Assembly (NCBI GenBank): GCA_013290125.1
Contig: JABCYQ010000002.1
Coordinates: 128,909-192,908 of the forward strand
Length of the DNA: 64,000 nucleotides
Direction: 5' to 3'
DNA from: Vulcanimicrobiota bacterium
Lineage (GTDB): Bacteria > Vulcanimicrobiota > Vulcanimicrobiia > Eremiobacterales > Eremiobacteraceae
This document shows positions 45,041 through 56,294 of the stretch, piece by piece. Position 1 is the stretch's first letter; every line of letters starts with the position of its first letter. Made by a program: the position numbers and the translations under genes. A model generated the notes under the pieces. It had not been told where the DNA came from. It did not search any database and saw only the letters and a list, made by a program, of their open reading frames with translations.

Positions 45041-45847
45041 ATGACAAGTCCGGCCCGGCGAGTCGCTCTTCTCGACTCGGGTCTAGGCGGCTTGACCGTG
45101 TTGTCCGCGCTGCGCGCGCTCACGCTCGACACGGACTACATGTATTTCGCCGACACCGCACACGTTCCGTACGGCGGCCGCGAACTTGAAGATATCGCGG
45201 CGCTGGGCGCGGCCATCGTCAAGCGGCTGCTCGTGCACGACCCATCCGTCATCGTCGTCGCCTCAGGAACCACGTGCGCGGCATTTGACGGCGTTGGCTG
45301 GCCCGTCTCCACCGTGCCCCTCGTCGGCATCGTCTCGTTTGGCGCGCTCGCGGCGACCACGGCCACGCGCAACGGCGGAATCGGCGTCATTGCGACGCAC
45401 GCGACCGTTCGGAGCGGCGTATTCGAACGCGAGATACTGAAATACAGGCCGGATGCGCGCGTCACATCGGTGCCCGCGCCATCGCTCGTCCCCATCGTAG
45501 AATCCGGCGGATGGGCGAGCGTGCGCGCCCGTGATGCGGTCGCTCTGTATTGCGGCCCGATTCTGCGCGCCGGCTGTGATACGCTCATCCTAGGCTGCAC
45601 GCACTTTCCGCACTTGGCGGCCTGGTTTGCGGCGGTGCTCGGTGACGATGTCGCAATCGTCGACCCGGCGGCTGCGTGCGCGGCGAAAGTGAGTCAGATG
45701 ATCGCCGGGCTAGACCACAGCCGCGGCACTCTCTCATTCGAAGTCAGCGGCGACAAGGACGAATTTGCCGCCAACGCTCAACTGCTGACGGGCACGCGGA
45801 TCGACGTCCTGCGCCACGTCGATATCAAACCAAGTGGAACAGCTTGA
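45041..45847 (+). CDS. murI: glutamate racemase
   Basis: RVALLDSGLGGLTVL, VVASGTTCA and LILGCTHFPHL catalytic-Cys motifs. Confidence 0.9.
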   Translation: MTSPARRVALLDSGLGGLTVLSALRALTLDTDYMYFADTAHVPYGGRELEDIAALGAAIVKRLLVHDPSVIVVASGTTCAAFDGVGWPVSTVPLVGIVSFGALAATTATRNGGIGVIATHATVRSGVFEREILKYRPDARVTSVPAPSLVPIVESGGWASVRARDAVALYCGPILRAGCDTLILGCTHFPHLAAWFAAVLGDDVAIVDPAAACAAKVSQMIAGLDHSRGTLSFEVSGDKDEFAANAQLLTGTRIDVLRHVDIKPSGTA

Positions 45848-46481
45848 AGAATATGAACGTCGAGAGCACCGCGATGGCGGCGCCGGTCACGACTTGAGCA
45901 GGCGTATGACTGCGCAAGTACACGCGGGCCCAGCAGACCAGCGGCACGATGATCACGTAAGGCAGCGGCTCTTTGTCGAACAGCAGGAACATGACAGTGA
46001 AAGGCCCCGCTATACCGAACGCGTGCGTGCTGATCTTCCACCAGCGCGTGATCACCATCGTGAGCAGTGCGGTGCCCCAATAGCCCCACGTGATCGCGAC
46101 GAGTTGGACCGGCGCATGCAGGGCCGTCAGCGAGATCGCCGCGCACAGATAGATGATGACGAACGCAGCGAAGACGCGCTGCCGCTCGGGCCGCTCGGAC
46201 ATATCGAAGTCGGAGATGCGCCCGGTCACATAAAGATACAGGACGCACGCGAGCGGAGCGATGGTGAAGAAGAAGAGCCCCACTGCCGACAGTTTCCAGA
46301 ACTCGAGTCTCGATGTCGAGTAGGCATGCGAGACGATGACGAACAGCGCCGCCGCGGAGAGAAACGGATTGAAGATGGTCGAGAGCGCGCGCGCGAATTC
46401 GACGGCTGCGCGATGTTCTCGCAGCAGCACGACAGTACCCGACGAGACCTTGGACTCCCGAGCGTTCGCCGGATCGCGCAT
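45825..46481 (-). CDS. polytopic membrane protein, possibly PAP2-like phosphatase
   Basis: Six hydrophobic segments. KISTHAFG and RVYLRSHTPAQV loosely resemble PAP2 motifs. Its 3' end overlaps murI convergently by 23 nt. Confidence 0.4.
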   Translation of the reverse strand: MRDPANARESKVSSGTVVLLREHRAAVEFARALSTIFNPFLSAAALFVIVSHAYSTSRLEFWKLSAVGLFFFTIAPLACVLYLYVTGRISDFDMSERPERQRVFAAFVIIYLCAAISLTALHAPVQLVAITWGYWGTALLTMVITRWWKISTHAFGIAGPFTVMFLLFDKEPLPYVIIVPLVCWARVYLRSHTPAQVVTGAAIAVLSTFIFFKLFHLV

Positions 46482-46522
46482 CGCGGATTGATTGCCTGGC
46501 GCGCGACGCGCACCCTCCCCGC

Positions 46523-47272
46523 ATGACGTATCTCGCGGGTGGAGAACCGTTCAGTTTCGGCCCGGACGGCGGACCTGGCGCGCTCGTGCTGCACGGTTTC
46601 ACGGGCAGCCCATTTGAAGTGCGCGCGCTCGGGGAACTTTTGCACGACAATGGATTCGGCGCGATCGGCCCTGCACTCGCCGGTCATGCGACGCACGAGA
46701 GCGATCTTTCCCGCGTAGAAGCTTCCGACTATATCGATGGCGCCGAGCGCGCATTTGAAGAAGCACGGCGGCGCTTCTCGCGTGTCTATCTGCTCGGACT
46801 ATCGCTCGGCGGCGCGCTGAGCCTTTATCTTTCCACGCGACACGAAGTGAGCGGAATTATCTGCTTCTCAACGCCGGTTTTTTTGGATCCGCTCGTCGCC
46901 GGCGCGGTGCCGTTCCTCAATCGCTTCGTGCCGACGTTGCGGACGCCCGCGAACTTCGCTGCATGGCAAGGCAACGTGGTGGGCTACACGACCGTGCCGG
47001 TCAACGCCGCGCCTCCCGTACTGGAAGTGCTTGCGATGGCCAAGGACATCTTACCTCAGGTCCGCGCGCCGCTGCTCATCGTGCAGTCCAAAGCCGATCC
47101 GACATCGCCGTCGGCGAACGCCGAATTCATCCGCAGCGCGGTGAGTTCTGCCGACGTGCGGGTGGTGATGCTCGACGGACACGATCATCTCATCACGGTG
47201 CCGCCGCGCTTGCAGCGATTCGCGCCCGTGGTACTGGACTTTCTCAAGGGCCTCGAGACGAAAACCGCATAG
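46523..47272 (+). CDS. alpha/beta hydrolase (carboxylesterase/monoacylglycerol lipase-like)
   Basis: ALVLHGFTGSP and nucleophile elbow GLSLGG, with a C-terminal His region (DGHDHLI). Confidence 0.75.
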   Translation: MTYLAGGEPFSFGPDGGPGALVLHGFTGSPFEVRALGELLHDNGFGAIGPALAGHATHESDLSRVEASDYIDGAERAFEEARRRFSRVYLLGLSLGGALSLYLSTRHEVSGIICFSTPVFLDPLVAGAVPFLNRFVPTLRTPANFAAWQGNVVGYTTVPVNAAPPVLEVLAMAKDILPQVRAPLLIVQSKADPTSPSANAEFIRSAVSSADVRVVMLDGHDHLITVPPRLQRFAPVVLDFLKGLETKTA

Positions 47273-47347
47273 GGTAAGCCGGGCGTTTTCCCGAAGAAAA
47301 AACGCTCTATCACCCCATCTTGCCGATTATAACGGAGCAGGCTACGC

Positions 47348-47728
47348 GTGTTCGCATTTGTCACTGCCCTCGCCGCAGCAGCCACCACAGCGGTCACCAC
47401 GGCCGCGACGCGGGCGCCGTTCATCCCGACGCCCGTGCCGCTCGTGCTGCCGCAAAATCTTTTCGGCGCGCCTGCGACTTGGGGCCAGCAGCATCCGGTC
47501 GTCCTCGCGCTCGTCCAGGGCTTGTTCATCGTCTCCGCGGTCGGACTCATCGCGCTCATGGCCGCGCAGACGACAAAAACCGAAGGTCTCGGCGGCAGCA
47601 TCGGCGGGCGAATGGAATCAGCGTACCACGGCCGGCTCGGGCTAGAGCAGCAGATGGGGCGTCTCACCACAACGTTCGCTAGCGCGTTCGTCATCCTCGC
47701 GATCGCATTTTTCTTCATCACTCGATAG
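47348..47728 (+). CDS. secG: preprotein translocase subunit SecG with N-terminal extension
   Basis: TM helix followed by QTTKTEGLGGSIGG (SecG Gly-rich loop) and a second TM. The GTG start with GGAG upstream gives an unusual leader of about 45 aa; the start is uncertain. Confidence 0.6.
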   Translation: MFAFVTALAAAATTAVTTAATRAPFIPTPVPLVLPQNLFGAPATWGQQHPVVLALVQGLFIVSAVGLIALMAAQTTKTEGLGGSIGGRMESAYHGRLGLEQQMGRLTTTFASAFVILAIAFFFITR

Positions 47729-47748
47729 CCAGCGGGGGCACAAAGATC

Positions 47749-49398
47749 ATGCGTCATCTGCCGCAGACCGCCGCACTCATCGCCGCGGCCGTATTGCTCG
47801 CAGCTTGCTCCGGCGGGGGTTCGACTTCCACGTCGACCGCGCCTGAGAACGGCACCGCGGCGGCCGGCACGCCGCACTACGGCGGAACGTTCAAGATCGG
47901 ATCCACCTCTGCGGCGGACACATTGTTGCCGATCTACGCCGACGTCGAAGGGGCCGGAAATGATCTGCCGCTCGCGTATGACACACTGGTCAACGTCGAT
48001 CCGCAGATGCGAGTCATCCCCTGGCTTGCAGAGAAATGGGATGTCTCAAAAGACGGTCTAACGTATACGATGCACTTGCGCCACAACGCCACCTGGAGCG
48101 ACGGCCAGCCGGTTACGAGCGCTGACGTGATGTACGAATATGCTCTTGAGATGGATCCAAAATCGCAAGCCGTGTACAAGTCCGACTATGACGTGATCGC
48201 AAACCTCAAGGCGCCGGATAAGTGGACCGTAGTCTATACGCTGAAAACCGCGAATGCGGCGTTTCTCGCCAACGTGCTGTCGTCCGTCCAGCATGCGCCG
48301 CTTCCGGCACACATCTACGCCAAGCTGCCGCACGACTCAATGCGGCATCTCGACATCTCAAAATCGTTCGTCGGCGACGGTCCGTACATCGTCACCGAAT
48401 TCAAACAGGACGACCACATGACGCTCACCAGCAACAAGACCTGGTGGAACGGCCGACCGTACATCGACGAGGTGTATATCAAGGAGTACCAGACCGAGCA
48501 GGCGCAGCTCATCGCGCTGCAAGACGGCGAAGTGGATATGCCGTACATTTTGACAGGCGCGCAATGGCAGGGCGTCAAGAACGACAACCGGTTCACCCAT
48601 ATCCACACGTACGCGAACGCCTTTGACTGGGAGATTCCGAACCTCAACGACCCGATAATGGGCGACGTAAACGTGCGTCGCGCGATGATGTATGCCTGGG
48701 ATCGCAAGACCGAAGCCGCAAAACTATTCCAAGGGGAAGATATCCCCGTCTTCGGGCCGATCTCACTAGCGCAATCATGGGCCTTCGATCCGGCCGCAAA
48801 GACCGCATTTCCTTACGATCCGGCTAAGGCCGGTCAGATCCTCGACGCCGACGGCTGGAGATTGGGCCCAGACGGCGTCCGCTACAAGAACGCGCAACCG
48901 CTTGCGATCACCGTCGGCTTGATATCCGGCAACGAAGCCGGTGCGAAAGACTTCGAATTCGCGCAAGCCGAGATGAAGGCCGTCGGCATCAAACTCACGT
49001 CCAAGCAATCGGAGATCAACGTTTTTTATCAGAACGAGCGCGATGGGAAGTTCCAGCTCGATTCCGGTGGGGAGAGCTTGAGCACGGATCCAGATCCGAC
49101 ACTCATCTTGGGATCGTCAGGTATACCGCCGAACGGCCTGAACTACGCGCGCTATAACAGTCCTCAGATGGACGCCCTTTTGAAGGCGGCGCTCGAAACC
49201 ACCGATCAAGAGAAGCGGCGCGCGCTCTACACCAAAGTTCAAGAGCTCGCGATCCAAGACGTGCCGTATCTATGGACGTTGGCGCCGTATTACCGGAATG
49301 TTGTCAACGCGCGCGTGAAGGGCGTGGATCCGGCGCAGGCAGGTCCGTTCTTCTCGTATACGATCTTCAATCTTCCGAAGTGGTGGATAGCGCAGTAA
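47749..49398 (+). CDS. ABC transporter substrate-binding protein, family 5 (peptide/nickel type)
   Basis: Lipoprotein-like signal (LLAACSGG). Length and sequence are typical of SBP_bac_5, and it heads a five-gene importer operon. Confidence 0.85.
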   Translation: MRHLPQTAALIAAAVLLAACSGGGSTSTSTAPENGTAAAGTPHYGGTFKIGSTSAADTLLPIYADVEGAGNDLPLAYDTLVNVDPQMRVIPWLAEKWDVSKDGLTYTMHLRHNATWSDGQPVTSADVMYEYALEMDPKSQAVYKSDYDVIANLKAPDKWTVVYTLKTANAAFLANVLSSVQHAPLPAHIYAKLPHDSMRHLDISKSFVGDGPYIVTEFKQDDHMTLTSNKTWWNGRPYIDEVYIKEYQTEQAQLIALQDGEVDMPYILTGAQWQGVKNDNRFTHIHTYANAFDWEIPNLNDPIMGDVNVRRAMMYAWDRKTEAAKLFQGEDIPVFGPISLAQSWAFDPAAKTAFPYDPAKAGQILDADGWRLGPDGVRYKNAQPLAITVGLISGNEAGAKDFEFAQAEMKAVGIKLTSKQSEINVFYQNERDGKFQLDSGGESLSTDPDPTLILGSSGIPPNGLNYARYNSPQMDALLKAALETTDQEKRRALYTKVQELAIQDVPYLWTLAPYYRNVVNARVKGVDPAQAGPFFSYTIFNLPKWWIAQ

Positions 49399-49408
49399 GC
49401 ATCGTCCT

Positions 49409-50371
49409 GTGTCCACGTACATAGGCCGGCGCCTGATCGGACTCATCCCGCTGCTGCTCGGGATTTCCGTTATCTCCTACGCGATCATGGCGTTGGCGCC
49501 CGGCGGCGTCGGTTCTATCTTCACACATTCCGCGCGGCCGATGTCAGCCGCGGATCTCGCGGTGATTCAACATCAGCTTGGATTAGACAGACCCTGGTAC
49601 GTGCAGTATTTCTATTGGCTGCACAATCTTGTGGTCAATCGAGATCTCGGTTTTTCTTTTATCGACGGCCGGCCAGTGATGGCAAAGATCCTCGAAAAAA
49701 TCCCGACGACATTACAGCTCATCTCGATATCGTTCATCTGTACGTTGCTGATCGCCATCCCGACGGCTATCTATGCAGCGACGCACAAGAACTCCGTTGT
49801 GGACTATATCGCGACGGCAGTCGCGTTTATCGGCTACGGCATGCCCACATTCTGGCTCGGCATTATGATGCTCGAGATTTTCGCCGTGCGGCTACACTGG
49901 TTTCCAGCGTCGGGACTTAGCGAGATGGGCTCGAGCGGGTTTAACCTCGGTGATCGGATCCATCATCTCGTCTTACCGGTAGCGACACTGACATTTGTCA
50001 GTTTAGCTTCGTGGATGCGCTATCAGCGCGCTTCGATGCTCGACGTGCTCGGCGAGGACTATATACGGACTGCTGCCGCAAAGGGGCTTTCACCTAGAGT
50101 TGTCGTCTACAAGCACGCACTGCGCAATGCACTGTTGCCGGTGATCACGCTCGTCGGCCTTTATCTGCCGGCACTTTTGACCGGCGCGTACTTCACCGAG
50201 ATCGTCTTCTCCATCCCTGGCATGGGATATCTTGGCCTGAACGCGATCTTCGAGCGCGACTATCCCACGATCATGGGCATCACGCTCTTCTCGGCGTTTC
50301 TTGTCGTGACCGGTAACCTGCTCGCGGATATCGGCTACGCCGTGGCCGATCCGCGCATTCGGTACGACTAG
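49409..50371 (+). CDS. ABC transporter permease (DppB/OppB-like)
   Basis: BPD_transp_1 with EAA-like loop DYIRTAAAKGLSPRVVVYKHALRNAL. Confidence 0.9.
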   Translation: MSTYIGRRLIGLIPLLLGISVISYAIMALAPGGVGSIFTHSARPMSAADLAVIQHQLGLDRPWYVQYFYWLHNLVVNRDLGFSFIDGRPVMAKILEKIPTTLQLISISFICTLLIAIPTAIYAATHKNSVVDYIATAVAFIGYGMPTFWLGIMMLEIFAVRLHWFPASGLSEMGSSGFNLGDRIHHLVLPVATLTFVSLASWMRYQRASMLDVLGEDYIRTAAAKGLSPRVVVYKHALRNALLPVITLVGLYLPALLTGAYFTEIVFSIPGMGYLGLNAIFERDYPTIMGITLFSAFLVVTGNLLADIGYAVADPRIRYD

Positions 50372-50374
50372 GGC

Positions 50375-51295
50375 ATGGCTGCGACGCGACCGCTCGGCCT
50401 CGAATCCGCGCTCGACCAAGCGATGCCGCCGCACGTTCCGGTCGCCGCCGACGTCTGGCGGCGTTTCGCCCGCAACAAGCTATCGTTGGTCGGTCTTGGT
50501 CTCGTTGGGCTGATAGTCTTTTGCGCCGTCTTTGCGCCTCACTTGACCAGCTACGACCCGCTCGCCATCGACATGAACGTCCTCGGAACGCCAACGCCGC
50601 CATCAGCCCAACATCTTTTCGGCACCGATGTGGACGGACGCGACTACTTCTCGCGGATGCTGTTCGGGGCACGCATCTCGCTTGAAGTGGGATTTTCAGC
50701 GATGTTCATCGCCATCACGTTTGGAACGATATACGGAGCGATAGCGGCATACTACGGCGGCTGGGTGGACTCGGTGATGATGCGCTTCGTGGATATGATG
50801 CTTTCGTTTCCGACGTTTTTCTTGATCCTCACCGTCGAGGCTGTGACCAACAATTTTAGCATCATCGTGATCATGGTCGTCATCGGGATGTTATCCTGGA
50901 CAGGCGTCTCACGCCTCGTCCGCGGACAGATACTCTCGCTGCGCGAGCGCGACTTCGTCACCGCTGCACGCGCGTTCGGCGCCGAAGATCGGCGCATCAT
51001 CTTCCGGCACTTGCTGCCTAACGCACTCGCGCCGGTTATTGTCGCCGCGACGCTCGCTATCGGCGACAACATCTTGACAGAATCGGGACTTTCGTATCTT
51101 GGCCTCGGCGTGCAGATCCCGACGCCGAGCTGGGGCAACAGTCTGCAGAAGGCGCTGGATCCCGAGGTTCTTAGCGCGCCGTGGCTGCTCGTCATTCCCG
51201 GACTGCTCATCGTGGTGACCGTCGTCGCTTTCAACTTCGTGGGCGAAGGCCTCCGCGATGCGCTTGACCCGAAGACGCGCGGCAGCGGAGCGTAG
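50375..51295 (+). CDS. ABC transporter permease (DppC/OppC-like)
   Basis: OppC N-terminal region plus EAA-like loop DFVTAARAFGAEDRRIIFRHLLPNAL. Confidence 0.9.
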   Translation: MAATRPLGLESALDQAMPPHVPVAADVWRRFARNKLSLVGLGLVGLIVFCAVFAPHLTSYDPLAIDMNVLGTPTPPSAQHLFGTDVDGRDYFSRMLFGARISLEVGFSAMFIAITFGTIYGAIAAYYGGWVDSVMMRFVDMMLSFPTFFLILTVEAVTNNFSIIVIMVVIGMLSWTGVSRLVRGQILSLRERDFVTAARAFGAEDRRIIFRHLLPNALAPVIVAATLAIGDNILTESGLSYLGLGVQIPTPSWGNSLQKALDPEVLSAPWLLVIPGLLIVVTVVAFNFVGEGLRDALDPKTRGSGA

Positions 51296-51332
51296 GAATA
51301 CACCGTGCGCCGCGTGAAAAAATACGGTGCAG

Positions 51333-51360
51333 GGTCGCGCTTCGACGCGACCTACATTTT
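51333..51360 (+). terminator. intra-operon hairpin with short T run between the permease and ATPase genes
   Basis: GGTCGCG-CTTCGA-CGCGACC (51333-51352) is followed by TACATTTT. Possible partial terminator or mRNA-processing barrier. Confidence 0.3.
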
Positions 51361-51383
51361 CATAGGAGCGTTGTTCTAGAGAC

Positions 51384-52428
<1,045 letters not shown>

Positions 52429-52439
<11 letters not shown>

Positions 52440-53511
52440 GCTCAAACCGACCGCCACCCCGAGCGACGTGAGCGCCGATACGCTCGTCGCACTGCGCGAC
52501 GTCGCGAAATACTTCAAGATCATGGCCGGCGTCTTCAGCCGTCACGTGGGCGACGTCAAAGCCGTGGACGGCGTATCGTTCGACATCAAACAAGGCGAGA
52601 CTCTCGGTCTGGTGGGAGAGTCGGGCTCGGGCAAGACGACGGTGGGCCGCTGCATCCTGCGGCTCGTCGAACCCACCCGGGGGCACATCTACTTCGAAGG
52701 CGGCACCGTCGATATCACCACGCTCAAGCGGCCGGCCATGCGAGCGCTGCGCCGCGAGATGCAGATCATCTTCCAGGATCCGTATGCGAGCCTGAATCCG
52801 CGTATGACGGTCGGCGACATCGTCGCCGAGCCGCTGCAGATCCACAAACTCGCGTCCGGTAAGGATATCGACGCGCGCGTTAACGAACTGTTGCGGACCG
52901 TCGGCCTTGCGCCATACCACGCCAACCGCTACCCGCATGAATTCTCCGGCGGACAGCGGCAACGCATCGGCGTCGCGCGCGCGCTCGCGGTCAATCCGAA
53001 ATTCATCGTCGCCGATGAGCCGGTCTCCGCGCTCGACGTCTCCATCCAGGCACAAGTCGTCAACCTGCTCCAGGATCTGCAAGACCGGCTCGGGCTGACA
53101 TACCTCTTCATAGCCCACGATCTCTCCGTGGTGCGCCACATCTCCGATCGCGTCGCGGTGATGTACGTCGGCAAGCTGATGGAACTCGCCGACCGCGATG
53201 AGCTGTACGAGCGGCCGCTGCACCCGTATACGCAATCGCTGCTGTCTGCCATTCCCATTCCCGATCCGCGCATCGAAGCGCGTCGCGAGCGCATCATCCT
53301 CGAAGGCGACATCCCGTCGCCCGTCAATCCGCCAAGCGGCTGCCGTTTCCATACGCGCTGTCCGATCGCATACGAGCGCTGCAAATTGGAAGTGCCGGCA
53401 TTCACGAACTACGCCGGCCATTGGGTAGCATGTCACAAAGTAGAAGAACTGAAGGGCGAGCAGCCGCAGATCCGGCCCACGACGCGAGCCCGAGTCGCAC
53501 CGGTGGCGTGA
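52429..53511 (+). CDS. ABC transporter ATP-binding protein (DppF/OppF-like)
   Basis: Walker [10 protein letters not shown], signature FSGGQRQR, Walker [16 protein letters not shown] at 52429 overlaps the preceding gene by 11 nt. Confidence 0.9.
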
Positions 53512-53518
53512 GGTTCTT

Positions 53519-53959
53519 ATGATCGCGGCACTAGCAGCTGTCTTGCTCGGCGCGATGGGCGCGAGCCAATCGCTTTCCGATGTCGTCAGCAACGCGGCTT
53601 TTCACGTCTACGTGATGCCGGCGTCTGCGCAACCGGACAGCGTAACCGTTCTCGCTAGCGATTCTCAGTCGCGGCCGACGAGCGTGAAGATCATCTATCG
53701 CCTTGGCGACCGTCTCACGATCACCGTGTTGGAGACGGTACGTGTTGACGACGAGACGAGTTCTCCAGCGCCTTCGCCGGGGCCGACTGGTCAGACGTAT
53801 GTCGTGAATGGATATCCGGCCGCGTACACGGTGACTGGTCCGTACTACCAACATGTCGGCTGGTTGACGTGGAATCCACCTGGCGTGACCGTGACGATAT
53901 CGAGCATGGACATGACGGACGCCCCCACATTGGTGAACGCCGCCCTCGCCCTTTATTGA
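53519..53959 (+). CDS. hypothetical secreted protein (possibly DUF4367-like)
   Basis: ATG is preceded by GAGG, 8 nt after the ATPase stop. Hydrophobic N-terminus. Family assignment is only a guess. Confidence 0.4.
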   Translation: MIAALAAVLLGAMGASQSLSDVVSNAAFHVYVMPASAQPDSVTVLASDSQSRPTSVKIIYRLGDRLTITVLETVRVDDETSSPAPSPGPTGQTYVVNGYPAAYTVTGPYYQHVGWLTWNPPGVTVTISSMDMTDAPTLVNAALALY

Positions 53960-53984
53960 GGTCCAACAAATCGCGTCGATTCGT

Positions 53985-54013
53985 TGAATGGGCCGACTTT
54001 ATGTCGGCCCTCA
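53985..54013. repeat. REP-like element, locus 5, degenerate single-hairpin form
   Basis: TGAATGGGCCGAC-TTTAT-GTCGGCCC-TCA. The stem and loop are nearly identical to the locus 1 hairpin (GGGCCGAC-TTTAC-GTCGGCCC). Confidence 0.7.
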
Positions 54014-54039
54014 ATAAGGGTCCATCTAGCGTCCCGCTT

Positions 54040-54069
54040 TTGACACTGCTTGACGGGCTAGTGTATAGT
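54040..54069 (+). promoter_or_regulatory. putative topA promoter
   Basis: TTGACA (54040-54045), an 18-nt spacer, then TATAGT (54064-54069). AGGGGG SD precedes ATG 54083. Confidence 0.45.
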
Positions 54070-54082
54070 AGGGGGCGTTTGA

Positions 54083-56293
54083 ATGGCGCCGCTCGTTGTC
54101 CCGCGCGGCGCTCCCGGAAAGGCCTCATTGTCCAAGTCGCTCATCATCGTCGAATCGCCGGCTAAAGCCAGAACGCTCAAGAAATTCCTCGGCGGCCGCT
54201 ACCAAGTGCTTCCATCCGTCGGCCACGTCCGCGATCTCCCGAAGAGCCGCCTCGGCGTCGACGTAGAGAACCACTTCGCGCCTTCCTATATCACCATCAA
54301 GGGCAAGGGCCCGGTGATCAAAGAGCTGCGCTCGGCGGTCAAAAAAGCAAAACACGTCTATCTCGCACCCGACCCCGATCGGGAAGGCGAGGCTATCGCT
54401 TGGCATCTTGCCGAGCTGCTCAAGCTTCCCGATCCGTTGCGCATCGAGCTGCATGAGATAACGAAGAAGGCGGTCGACGAAGCGCTGAAACATCCGCGCA
54501 AGATCGACCGTGACCGCGTGGACGCGCAGCAGGCGCGACGCGTGCTCGACCGCTTGGTCGGCTATAAGATCTCGCCGCTGCTCTGGACGAAGATCCGCGG
54601 CGGTCTCTCCGCCGGCCGGGTGCAGTCGGTCGCCCTCAAGATGATCGTCGATCGCGAGCGCGAGATCGCGGCGTTCCAACGGCACGGATATTGGACGATC
54701 GGCGCTCGCTTGTGGCCGCACGGCCACCACGACGCCGCGCACACGCTCTTGGCCGACCTCGTCTCGGTCGATGGCGAGCGCACGGGTCTCAAAGGTGAGA
54801 CGGCGCTTGCGGTCGGTTCGAAAAGCACCTACACCACGGACGAAGCCGGCGCGAAGGTGCTCGAAAAGCGGCTAACAGCTTCCAAGTTCGTCGTCTCGAG
54901 CGTTAAACAGTCGGAACGCCGCGACAATCCGAAAGCGCCGTTCACGACCAGCACGATGCAGCAAGAAGCGTCGCGCCGTCTGAAGATGCGCGTCCGCAAG
55001 GCGATGCAGATCGCGCAAGGTCTCTACGAGGGCGTCGACATCGGCACCGAAGGCACGACTGGCCTCATCACGTATATGCGAACCGACTCGACGCGCGTAT
55101 CGCCCGAAGCGCAGGCGGCGGCGCGCGACTTCATCGTGACGTCGTTCGGCGACGAGTTCCACGGCGGCAAGCAGTACAAGATATCGGAAGACGCGCAGGA
55201 TGCCCACGAGGCGATCCGGCCAACCGACGTCCGGCGCACGCCCGAAAACCTGAAGCAATACCTGGATGCGCCGCAGCTCAAATTGTACCGGTTGATCTGG
55301 GAGCGATTCGTCGCAAGCCAGATGTCGCCGGCGATCTACGACCAGACCACCGTCGAAATCGAAGCGGGTGGCTGTCTGCTGCGCGCGACCGGGAGCGTGC
55401 TGAAGTTCGCGGGCTACACGAAACTGTACGAAGATGTCCGCGACGAAGACGCGGACGAAGACGACGATCGCCGCAAACATCTGCCGCCGGTCGAAGAGGG
55501 CCGCAACATGGACCTGCGCGCGGTCGAACCGGAAGCACACGAGACGCAGCCGCCGCCGCGTTTCACGGAAGCCAGCCTCGTGAAAACGCTGGAAGAAAAA
55601 GGCATCGGCCGGCCGAGCACCTACGCCACGATCGTCGAGACGATCCAGGCGCGCGGCTATGCGCGATTGCACGAGCGCAGATTCCACCCCGAGGAGATCG
55701 GATTCAAAGTCGTCGACTTCATCACCGCGTGGTTTCCGCAGATCGTCAACGAGACGTTCACGTCGGAGCTCGAAGCGAAACTCGACCGCGTCGAGGACGC
55801 ACACGTGGACTGGCCGACCGTGCTCGGCGAGTTCTGGCTTCCGTTCTCTGGCCAACTGGACCGAGCGGAAGAAGCCGAGCGCGTAGAGTTAGAAGAGGAA
55901 CACACGGACGAGGTCTGCCCAACGTGCGGCAAGCCGATGAAGTTCAAGATGAGCCGCTTTGGCAAATTCCTGGGGTGCTCGGGCTATCCGGAATGTCAGA
56001 CGACGAAGCAGATCGTCAAGGACACGGGCTCGGTCTGTCCGCGCGACGGCGGCAGAATCGTCGAGAAACGCGGGCGCAAGAGCGGCAAGGTGTTCTACGG
56101 CTGCGAGAATTTCAACACGCCGGCGAAGTGCGACTTCGTCCTCTGGGATCCGCCGATCAAGGGCGCGGCCTGCGCGCAGTGCGGCGCGATGCTCGTCCGC
56201 AAGAACAGCCGCAAGGCATCCAGAGTCGTGTGCAGCGCAACCGCCGATCACGAGACCGGCTTTATCGAGCCACCCGAACAGCAGTCGGCCTGA
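54083..56293 (+). CDS. topA: DNA topoisomerase I
   Basis: Toprim N-terminus SLIIVESPAKARTLKKFLGG, catalytic-Tyr context LITYMRTDSTRVS, and C-terminal Cys4 zinc ribbons (CPTCGKPM...CSGYPEC). Confidence 0.95.
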   Translation: MAPLVVPRGAPGKASLSKSLIIVESPAKARTLKKFLGGRYQVLPSVGHVRDLPKSRLGVDVENHFAPSYITIKGKGPVIKELRSAVKKAKHVYLAPDPDREGEAIAWHLAELLKLPDPLRIELHEITKKAVDEALKHPRKIDRDRVDAQQARRVLDRLVGYKISPLLWTKIRGGLSAGRVQSVALKMIVDREREIAAFQRHGYWTIGARLWPHGHHDAAHTLLADLVSVDGERTGLKGETALAVGSKSTYTTDEAGAKVLEKRLTASKFVVSSVKQSERRDNPKAPFTTSTMQQEASRRLKMRVRKAMQIAQGLYEGVDIGTEGTTGLITYMRTDSTRVSPEAQAAARDFIVTSFGDEFHGGKQYKISEDAQDAHEAIRPTDVRRTPENLKQYLDAPQLKLYRLIWERFVASQMSPAIYDQTTVEIEAGGCLLRATGSVLKFAGYTKLYEDVRDEDADEDDDRRKHLPPVEEGRNMDLRAVEPEAHETQPPPRFTEASLVKTLEEKGIGRPSTYATIVETIQARGYARLHERRFHPEEIGFKVVDFITAWFPQIVNETFTSELEAKLDRVEDAHVDWPTVLGEFWLPFSGQLDRAEEAERVELEEEHTDEVCPTCGKPMKFKMSRFGKFLGCSGYPECQTTKQIVKDTGSVCPRDGGRIVEKRGRKSGKVFYGCENFNTPAKCDFVLWDPPIKGAACAQCGAMLVRKNSRKASRVVCSATADHETGFIEPPEQQSA

Positions 56294-56294
56294 G

